From positions 28,802 to 60,801 of the forward strand of contig JAGAMK010000003.1 of the NCBI GenBank assembly GCA_017624735.1: a DNA stretch of 32,000 nt, read 5' to 3'. The translations under genes were made by a program, and so were the position numbers. Shown here piece by piece: positions 17,117 to 23,979 of the stretch. The notes under the pieces are model-generated. The model searched no databases, was not told where the DNA came from, and saw only the letters and a list, made by a program, of their open reading frames with translations. Numbering within the stretch: the stretch's first letter is position 1; each line of letters starts with the position of its first letter. The DNA is from Clostridia bacterium (lineage in GTDB: Bacteria > Bacillota > Clostridia > Oscillospirales > Acutalibacteraceae).

Positions 17117-18066
17117 TTAAAAAATCTTATACTACAACAAAGGATGTAGGAGTTCCAACTGACGAAGATATGCTTTTAATCAACGAGCATACTCTTAAAA
17201 AGTTAGAAAAGGAAGATGTTTTCACATTCAGTGTCAACCTCTGTGACAACGACATTGACCGTGATTTTGAGCGATTTGATGAGGACTCTCTTAAAACTCT
17301 TGAAAAACTTTTCGTGGGCAAAACGGGAATTTTAAATCACAGTATGAAAAGTGAAGACCAGAGTTGTCGCACATACAAAACGCAAGTAATTTGCGACAAT
17401 ACAAGGAAAACTGTTGACGGCAGGGCTTACACCTATCTCAAAGCGTGGTGCTACACAGTACGTAGCGAGAAAAATGCGTCACTTATCAAGGATATCGAAA
17501 GTGGCATCAAAAAGGAGGTCAGCGTCAGTTGTGCATCCGAAAGCAGAATTTGCTCAATCTGCGGTGAGAATCGTTGTAATCATATTGCGGGACGAAAATA
17601 CAATGGTGACATTTGCTACAAGACGATTTCAGACATTACCGATGCTTATGAATGGTCCTTTGTGGCAGTTCCTGCACAGAGAAATGCAGGTGTTACCAAG
17701 TCATTTAAAAAGGAGAAATCTATGGAAAACATCTTAAAATCCATTAGGGAAGAAAAAATCCTTACTCTCAATGAGCAAGACCTTAATAAACTTTCAAACT
17801 ATATGGATTCCCTTAAAGCAAAGAGTCTTGACGGTGAAAAATACCGCAATTCTCTTATTCAAAATGCAAAGAAGAATTTCGCCTTGACCATTCCAACTCT
17901 TAAAGAAGAATGTGTTGACGAAATACTCAAAAATCTTTCATCGGAAACACTTGAAAATCTTTGCTCATCACTTACAAAACAGGCTAACAAGGTTATTCCG
18001 CCTGTCAGCCAGCTTTATACAGAAGAAAACCATAACAACAACTCAAATAATGAGTTCAAATTTTAA
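17113..18066 (+). CDS. prohead protease (HK97 gp4 / S78-like) fused to a C-terminal coiled-coil scaffold-like domain
   Basis: Motifs GILNHSM (His), KKEVSVSC (Ser region) and AYEWSFVAVPAQRNAGV match the usual L-x-E-V-S-x-V-x-x-PA pattern. The C-terminal ~110 aa are helical and charged. 4-nt overlap with the portal stop. Confidence 0.6.
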   Translation: MIKKSYTTTKDVGVPTDEDMLLINEHTLKKLEKEDVFTFSVNLCDNDIDRDFERFDEDSLKTLEKLFVGKTGILNHSMKSEDQSCRTYKTQVICDNTRKTVDGRAYTYLKAWCYTVRSEKNASLIKDIESGIKKEVSVSCASESRICSICGENRCNHIAGRKYNGDICYKTISDITDAYEWSFVAVPAQRNAGVTKSFKKEKSMENILKSIREEKILTLNEQDLNKLSNYMDSLKAKSLDGEKYRNSLIQNAKKNFALTIPTLKEECVDEILKNLSSETLENLCSSLTKQANKVIPPVSQLYTEENHNNNSNNEFKF

Positions 18067-18080
18067 GGAGGATTTAATTT

Positions 18081-19085
18081 ATGGCTAATTTTGAAACAAT
18101 CAAACTCGACAAAGGACTTTATGGCACAAGAAAGGGTTTTCTTTCAGAGCTTGAAAGTATTGACCCAAGTGAAAACTACAAGGGCACAAGCCTTGAAGGT
18201 CTTGACGCATTTGAACGTCAGTTAAAGCGATTCGACATCAAACTCAAGGGTGAAGGCAGTTCAACAGTTGACAAATTCTTTGCAACAACTGACTCTGCCG
18301 TGCTTTTCCCTGAATATGTTTCTCGTGCAGTCCGCCAGGGAATTGAAGAAGGCAAGCACCTTGATTCAATCATTGCAACAAAGACAAACATTGAGGGTCT
18401 TGATTACAGAACAATAACATCAATCCCAACGGCTGACGAAAAGGAACTCAAAGAGGTTGCAGAGGGTGCACAGATTCCTGAAACAGTTATCCACACGCAA
18501 GAAAATCTTGTTACACTCAAAAAACGTGGCAGAATGCTTGTGGCATCTTACGAGGCAATCCGTTTTCAGCGTCTTGACCTTTTCACAGTAACACTCCGTC
18601 AGATTGGTGCGTATATTGCTCGTTCACAGTTCAAGGATGCAGTTAATGTTCTTATTGATGGTGACGGCAACAACAACCCTGCAGAGGAAATTGCTCCTGA
18701 AACATCGGGTTCAATCACTTATGCAGACTTAATCAAGCTTTGGAACAGTTTTTCACCTTATGAGATGAACACACTTATTGCATCTCCTGATGTTACAGCA
18801 AAGCTTCTCGCTATGCCTGAATTCCGTGATGCTCCTGCAGGGCTTAATTTCCACGGTAATGGTTCAATGATTACTCCACTCGGCGCAAAACTTATTAAGT
18901 CCAACGACCTTAGTAAGAAACTGGTTGCACTTGATAAGAATTATGCCCTTGAAATGGTAACTGCTGGTGGTGTACAGACAGACTTTGACCGTCTTATTGA
19001 CCGTCAACTCGAACGTGCAGCCATCACACAGATTTCTGGCTTTGCAAAAATCTTTGCAGGCTCTGCAAAAGTTATGAATGGTTAA
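18081..19085 (+). CDS. major capsid protein (HK97 fold)
   Basis: Position after protease/scaffold; 334 aa; strong SD AAGGAGG; capsid-like segments LFPEYVSRAVRQG, MLVASYEAIRFQRLD, ITYADLIKLWNSFSPYEMNTLIASPDV. Confidence 0.8.
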   Translation: MANFETIKLDKGLYGTRKGFLSELESIDPSENYKGTSLEGLDAFERQLKRFDIKLKGEGSSTVDKFFATTDSAVLFPEYVSRAVRQGIEEGKHLDSIIATKTNIEGLDYRTITSIPTADEKELKEVAEGAQIPETVIHTQENLVTLKKRGRMLVASYEAIRFQRLDLFTVTLRQIGAYIARSQFKDAVNVLIDGDGNNNPAEEIAPETSGSITYADLIKLWNSFSPYEMNTLIASPDVTAKLLAMPEFRDAPAGLNFHGNGSMITPLGAKLIKSNDLSKKLVALDKNYALEMVTAGGVQTDFDRLIDRQLERAAITQISGFAKIFAGSAKVMNG

Positions 19086-19100
19086 TTTTAGGTGACTGCC

Positions 19101-19469
19101 ATGATAAATGTATGGTCAGTTTGCCAAGTGCTTGAAGATACAGGTGCACTCACCTCAGAAGAAACAAAAAAAGCTATGCCATTCTGCCTATCGGCTTGTA
19201 GTCAGTTGTCTAAAAGACTTAAAAATGTGAAAAATGAAGATGAACCTGCTGTAATCAATGCCTGCGCAGGTATTGCCCTTTATAATTACTCGCTTTTACA
19301 ATGCTCAAAAAGTGAAGATTTCTCGTCCTTTAAAGCCGGTGACATCACCATAAGCAAAACTAAAAACAGCACCTATGAAAGTGCCGTTAAATTCCGTGAC
19401 GAGGCACTCCTTCTGGCATCAGAATACTTAACAGACGTGGATTTTGTGTTTAAGGCGGTGGAAGTATGA
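19101..19469 (+). CDS. putative head-tail connector (gp6-like)
   Basis: Size and position immediately after the MCP. ATG 19101 preferred (GGTGA 5 nt upstream) over the track GTG at 19092. Confidence 0.5.
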   Translation: MINVWSVCQVLEDTGALTSEETKKAMPFCLSACSQLSKRLKNVKNEDEPAVINACAGIALYNYSLLQCSKSEDFSSFKAGDITISKTKNSTYESAVKFRDEALLLASEYLTDVDFVFKAVEV

Positions 19470-19807
19470 ATTTCAGTTCCCTTTTTTCTGCCCACGGTAG
19501 CACAATTTATTTGAGTGGTGCAGACGGTTGGAAAAGTCCTGTCTTCAAGGCTTTTCTTCAACCTTTAAGATACAAAAACAAACTCTATCAGCAGGGCGAA
19601 CACACACCCATAGGCATAAACAAAAATGATGTTTATCTCTATTTAGGTCCTGCTGACCACGACCTTACAAAACTCAATAGTTTCCACAGAATTCACGATA
19701 GCGACGAAAACAAATATATGATTGACCGAGCAGAAAAGATTATTTTTGATAACAAAACTCTTTACATCTGGGCAATCATCAGAAAAACAACGGAGGGTAG
19801 TTTATGA
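19466..19807 (+). CDS. putative head-closure / head-tail joining protein
   Basis: 113 aa, 4-nt overlap with the previous gene. The C-terminal pattern NKYMIDRAEKIIFDNKTLYIWAI resembles head-tail joining proteins. Confidence 0.5.
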   Translation: MNFSSLFSAHGSTIYLSGADGWKSPVFKAFLQPLRYKNKLYQQGEHTPIGINKNDVYLYLGPADHDLTKLNSFHRIHDSDENKYMIDRAEKIIFDNKTLYIWAIIRKTTEGSL

Positions 19808-20235
19808 CCGTAAATGCAAACTTTGTAAATAATGTTTATTCAAGTTTAAAACAAGAAACTATGTTTAATGACTTAACCTTCGTTATCGCTCACGAAAACG
19901 AAATCAAACCAACACCTTTGGTGAAACCCATTGTTGCTCTTTCGCCAAAAGGTTGTGTAATCGGAGATAAGTTGACCAAGACAAATGATAATGGTGAAAT
20001 TATTGTAACAAAAAAACGTGAAGTAAAATCAACTGTCAGCATTGATATTTACCTGCCCTACTCTATGGGGGGTATTGAGGGTCACAGAATCTTTGACCAA
20101 ATAGCAACGCACTTGCTGTTTACCCAAAACCTTACAATCAGTGGTGCAACCTGCTCGGAAGCAGATTACGACGCATCTTGTCAAGCAATAGTTTTAAAAT
20201 CTTCTTTCGTTTTTACCAATGTAGTTGAGAGTTAA
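19804..20235 (+). CDS. putative neck / tail-completion-type protein; last gene of the module
   Basis: 143 aa, 4-nt overlap, SD GGAGGG. The assignment rests on synteny only. Confidence 0.35.
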   Translation: MTVNANFVNNVYSSLKQETMFNDLTFVIAHENEIKPTPLVKPIVALSPKGCVIGDKLTKTNDNGEIIVTKKREVKSTVSIDIYLPYSMGGIEGHRIFDQIATHLLFTQNLTISGATCSEADYDASCQAIVLKSSFVFTNVVES

Positions 20236-20260
20236 GTATGTGCGGGTAATACTGGCTTCT

Positions 20261-20326
20261 CCCTGAGGAAAAGCTGTCACGAAGTAACTGATGAGGTGTT
20301 GTAGGGACAGGTCTCCGTGCCTGTCC
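20261..20326. repeat. degenerate GC-rich palindromic repeat modules
   Basis: CTGAGGAA-N5-GTCACGAAG resembles the distal arm of the 85-nt hairpin family. The GGACAGG-TCTCCGTG-CCTGTCC hairpin is preceded by GTAG (reverse complement = hairpin + CCCTAC). Confidence 0.55.
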
Positions 20327-20338
20327 GAAAATAAGGCA

Positions 20339-20664
20339 ACAAAAAAATCCCACCGAGGGAATCAAGGGTGTCTCACATAGGAATTTAATAGGTTTTAATC
20401 CTATTCTTTCCGTTAATACTTCACGAAAAAACCCCACAAGGCATTAGCCTTGTGGGGTTTTTGTCATTTTGTCTAAACGAAAATTATATGGATTAAAACT
20501 GCCTTGCACCTTAAACCTTATAAGTTTGGATACAGAGCAAGGCATAAATGTGAAGGAACCCTGACGGGTTTCAAGCATTTTAACGATGCTCTGTGCCAAA
20601 ATCATTGGTTTAAGGCTGTTAAATCCCTATGCGAGACACCCTTTTCGGTGGGTAATTTTTTTGT
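20339..20664. other. ~325-bp non-coding element bounded by ~60-bp imperfect inverted repeats. Candidates: MITE, structured RNA, or invertible segment.
   Basis: 20339-20401 is the imperfect reverse complement of 20607-20664. The interior contains a bidirectional terminator and a ~140-nt nested hairpin (20490-20626). There is no SD-preceded ORF. Confidence 0.6.
20426..20462. terminator. bidirectional intrinsic terminator shared by the phage module (+) and the MFS gene (-)
   Basis: A6-CCCCACAAGG-CATTAG-CCTTGTGGGG-T5: a 10-bp GC-rich stem. Confidence 0.85.
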
Positions 20665-20670
20665 ATTTAA

Positions 20671-22542
20671 TTAGTCGGCATTTTCTTCTTCAATCTTATC
20701 AACGATTTCCTGTGGGATTGCCTCACCATGTTTAACGAAAAGTATCATCAAAATACCTAGAGCGAAGCAAACCGGGCTATAATAGAACAAGGACATATAT
20801 GTTCCCGCAAACATTCGGATAAAGCCATAGAGGATTGGAGAAGCAATCTGTGCTGAGAATGTTGCTGTGTAGTAGTAGCCTGTGAATGTACCAACCTTGT
20901 CAATACCACCGATTTCAAGAACAAGTGGTAATGTGTTAACTGTGATGAACATATTTGCAGCACCACCAAGGATAAGAACAGGATAAATAAGAACACCTAA
21001 AATCTTTGTAACATTATTTACAGATTCGTTAACTGTTGCCATTGCTTTTACAAAGGTTTCGTTTCCTTCTGTGCCATAAACCTCACCTGCAACCTTTATG
21101 ATATCATCATAAACTGTTGCACCTGCATTTTCAGCAAGATATGCATCGAATTCAGCATACGCATTTGCTTCTGCACCGGTCTCAAGATAAGCAACGTATC
21201 CGTCCATTGTGAGAAGCTTAACCTCTGTATTGTTTGCCTTTGCTTCCTCTGAAAGAGCAGCATTGAACTCGTTCATCTGATTATCAATAGCAATATATGC
21301 ATTATTTGCTTTAACATATTTACCTATTGTAAGATTCTGATTTCCAAGCATTACCATAAATACTCCGAAGAAAACTACAAAGGCAGCAAGGAAGATTGAA
21401 AGACCCATAACAATTGTCTTTTTTCTACCGATTTTTGTACCCATTTTACCTGCAGGAATTGCTGCAACAGCGGAGCAAACTGCAAAAATAAGCATAATGA
21501 AGGTTGCTTCTGAAGCAATCATATGAAGAATTTCCTGTGCGAACAATGAGAAGAAAGTTGTAATCGCATTTGCACCGCAGAAAAGGAAGAATAAGCAACC
21601 AAGCATAAAGAGAAGACTCTTTCTTTCGCCCTTTGAAAGCTTAACTGCTTTTCTTGCAGCTTTTTCAGCCTTTGCAGCAGCTTTTTCGGCTTCTCTCTTT
21701 GCCTTTGCATCTGCATAAGCATTAGCCTCAGCCTTAACAGCAACTCTTGAATCAGGCTCCTTAACAAAGAAACGAACAATGAGCATACCGATAATCATAA
21801 CAGCTGAACCGATTGCGAAAACATAAGGGAAGGAAATCTGTTCGTTTGCCTTAATCTGCTCTGATGAGAAGCCTGTGAAAAGACCACAGAGGATAATTGC
21901 AAGAGTACCCGCAACCATACCAACAGCACTACCAACACCACCCATAAGGTTGATGATTGCATTACCCTCTGAACGGAGATGTGGCGGAGTAAGGTCAGGC
22001 ATCAATGCAACTGCAGGAGCACGCCAGAGTGACATTGAGAAAACGAAAAGAATAACTGTAATCATTGTTGCAGGAAGAGTCCATGTTCCCTTAACATTGA
22101 GAGCCACCAACGGAATAAGCACAAAAAGAAGTGCTGAAATCGGAGCAACACCAACAATGAAAGGACGACGTTTACCAAGCTTTGAATGACAGTTATCTGA
22201 AAGCTTACCGAATGCAGGTTGGAAGATAACGCCGAAGATGTTATCGAAGGTCATAATAAAACCGATAAATAAAGGTACAAGTGTAAATCCACCTGTAGCG
22301 GAAACTGTGCTTTCACCCTGAGAAGCAGCAAAATCGCCAATCCATGGGATTGCTTTTGCTAAGCCTTTACTGAGAGAGTCAATCCATGCACTTTCTGAAA
22401 GAATTTTGTTAAGAATTCTTGTTACATATGGGTCATAAATTGCCCATGCGATTGATGTTGTGAGAAAAGCGAAACCTGTGATAATGGTATGCCATACGTG
22501 GAGCTTACCATTTTTCTCGCAAAAGAGTTCTTGTTTGCTCAT
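20671..22542 (-). CDS. MFS transporter, GPH/SLC45-like sugar:cation symporter family, with large insertions
   Basis: GKLSDNCHSKLGKRRPF loop motif (G-x-LSD-x...G-RRPF type) and multiple TM segments. 623 aa, which is long for the family. Confidence 0.8.
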   Translation of the reverse strand: MSKQELFCEKNGKLHVWHTIITGFAFLTTSIAWAIYDPYVTRILNKILSESAWIDSLSKGLAKAIPWIGDFAASQGESTVSATGGFTLVPLFIGFIMTFDNIFGVIFQPAFGKLSDNCHSKLGKRRPFIVGVAPISALLFVLIPLVALNVKGTWTLPATMITVILFVFSMSLWRAPAVALMPDLTPPHLRSEGNAIINLMGGVGSAVGMVAGTLAIILCGLFTGFSSEQIKANEQISFPYVFAIGSAVMIIGMLIVRFFVKEPDSRVAVKAEANAYADAKAKREAEKAAAKAEKAARKAVKLSKGERKSLLFMLGCLFFLFCGANAITTFFSLFAQEILHMIASEATFIMLIFAVCSAVAAIPAGKMGTKIGRKKTIVMGLSIFLAAFVVFFGVFMVMLGNQNLTIGKYVKANNAYIAIDNQMNEFNAALSEEAKANNTEVKLLTMDGYVAYLETGAEANAYAEFDAYLAENAGATVYDDIIKVAGEVYGTEGNETFVKAMATVNESVNNVTKILGVLIYPVLILGGAANMFITVNTLPLVLEIGGIDKVGTFTGYYYTATFSAQIASPILYGFIRMFAGTYMSLFYYSPVCFALGILMILFVKHGEAIPQEIVDKIEEENAD

Positions 22543-22655
22543 ATTTTTTCCTCCAAAATGTAATCAAAATTTTACACATTAATTATACACAATTATTTTG
22601 CAAATTGATATGCTCAAATATACTAAATTATCCCAATTTTTTTGTACAGAGTGTT

Positions 22656-22686
22656 GAAAAATAAATGGAGCAGAAATCTCTGCCCC
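22656..22686 (-). terminator. terminator after the DUF2804-like gene
   Basis: GGGGCAGAG-ATTTC-TGCTCC imperfect hairpin (22667-22686), then ATTTATTTTT on the minus strand. Confidence 0.5.
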
Positions 22687-22700
22687 AAAAAGATTCTATT

Positions 22701-23795
22701 TTACCACTTGTTTTCCACGTATTCGCACCAAGCGAACATATCCTTGATTTCAATAACCTTGCCGTCGTCGAGTGTAACTGTACCATTCCACAAGCCCTCG
22801 ACCTGATGACAATGCATTCTTGCAACATCGGCAATTCTTGTGTCAGAGTGGTTGTCGAATTCAGGAGTCATTGTAAGGTTGAATCTGCCGTCATCAGAAA
22901 TAAACTCCCAATCCTCCATAAATCTGCCCTTAGGGAATTTTTTTACGTCAACAGCACCGATTTTGTGTACCTTACCATCCCAGAAAAGGCAGGTTTCGGT
23001 AGCATTACTCTCGTCACCTATTGCCCATGTGATTTCAAAACCGAAAAGATGCTTTTCGCCGTTTTCATCATAAATATACTGATTACCTGTGCCCCAGTAC
23101 CATACCATTTCATAAGGAGCGTTTACTCGTCCCCAGTCCATATAGCAGAAGGTGTCTTCCTTAGAGAATTCATAAACCTCGTTACCAAATCTGTATGTAC
23201 CGCTACAAGGCATATTAAGCTGTTTTGTTGTCATGAAATATCTTGTGGGTTCGTCCTTGAACGGGAGAACTGTTGTGATATTCTCAAGTCCCGGCATAAT
23301 ATCCATATGGAAATTACACTCAACAACCTTTTCATGGTCAAAGCCTCTGAACCACAATGTTCTGTATGTTTCGTGAGTGTCAAATTCCACCTGTGCATCT
23401 CTGACATTGGCACGGAAATAGTTAGGCACGTCACCCTTCGGATTCATCGGATATTTTGATTCCTGACCAACATAGATATAATTAGCCTCTGCTATTATTC
23501 TCTTTTCCTCAAAACTTATAAGCTTTGCACACACGTAACCACCGATTGAAATATTGGCAAAACTGAGTTCAACCTGATATTTTCTGTTTCTGATAACATA
23601 AAAATCCCACTCTTTTTTACGCCAATTAGGATTTGAAAGTTTTCTGTCATAAGTAAAGACGTTTCTTCTTGCCCAACCTTTTGCAAGCAAAGTTCCGTCT
23701 TCTCCCAAGAGTGGAGTTTCTTCTGTATATTCAGTCTGTTTTGATTTTTCTTCCCACTCTGTAAAACTTTTATAGGTTCTTGCCAATTCCTCCAT
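22701..23795 (-). CDS. DUF2804-like protein (function unknown)
   Basis: 364 aa. The N-terminal pattern LLGEDGTLLAKGWARRNVFTYDR...KKEWDFYVI and the C-terminal ...AWCEYVENKW fit my recollection of DUF2804 proteins. Not verified by search. Confidence 0.5.
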   Translation of the reverse strand: MEELARTYKSFTEWEEKSKQTEYTEETPLLGEDGTLLAKGWARRNVFTYDRKLSNPNWRKKEWDFYVIRNRKYQVELSFANISIGGYVCAKLISFEEKRIIAEANYIYVGQESKYPMNPKGDVPNYFRANVRDAQVEFDTHETYRTLWFRGFDHEKVVECNFHMDIMPGLENITTVLPFKDEPTRYFMTTKQLNMPCSGTYRFGNEVYEFSKEDTFCYMDWGRVNAPYEMVWYWGTGNQYIYDENGEKHLFGFEITWAIGDESNATETCLFWDGKVHKIGAVDVKKFPKGRFMEDWEFISDDGRFNLTMTPEFDNHSDTRIADVARMHCHQVEGLWNGTVTLDDGKVIEIKDMFAWCEYVENKW

Positions 23796-23935
23796 AAATA
23801 CCCACTCTCCTTACAATTTATATTATTATATCAATCCAAAATAATTTAATCAACACAGATATAAAGAAAAGTTCATTTGCATCACGACAAAAATTTTCTT
23901 TTGTTTTTGGTTATTTTCCATAAGTTGGTGAATAT

Positions 23936-23964
23936 GAAAAAGGCATAACCCGAAGATTATGCCT
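23936..23964 (-). terminator. intrinsic terminator after htrA
   Basis: AGGCATAA-N8-TTATGCCT hairpin followed on the minus strand by TTTTTC. Confidence 0.7.
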
Positions 23965-23979
23965 TAAAAAATTCAGTTT

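Larger units (their letters stand above)
14228..20235 (+). mobile_element. phage-derived head-morphogenesis and DNA-packaging module, tail-less. Candidates: satellite-like, GTA-like, or prophage remnant.
   Basis: Eight co-directional, tightly packed ORFs in canonical order terS-terL-portal-protease/scaffold-MCP-neck x3. Host operons lie on both sides. No integrase, repressor, replication, tail or lysis ORF in the window. Confidence 0.8.

Noticed and set aside
18081-19085. Encapsulin nanocompartment shell (HK97 fold)
   Set aside because: The gene is flanked by terminase, portal, a prohead protease and neck genes. There is no cargo-type gene (DyP, ferritin-like, etc.). The context is viral packaging, not an encapsulin operon.
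14228-20235. Complete or inducible prophage
   Set aside because: The window has no integrase, repressor/antirepressor, replication, tail, tape-measure, holin or endolysin ORF. Both flanks are host operons within 350-450 bp of the module.
20213-20437. 74-aa minus-strand ORF in the gap after the phage module
   Set aside because: It is read through palindromic repeat modules (..GQARRPVPT..), has no SD, and crosses the bidirectional terminator.
20339-20664. Phase-variable inverton as the primary explanation of the inverted repeats
   Set aside because: Down-weighted rather than excluded. No invertase/recombinase gene is in the window, I saw no clear outward promoter inside, and both neighbouring genes point into the element, so flipping would not obviously switch anything.
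22665-23459. 264-aa plus-strand ORF
   Set aside because: It is antisense to the DUF2804-like gene, Cys/Phe/Val-rich with no SD or recognisable motif. This is typical shadow-ORF behaviour in AT-rich DNA.
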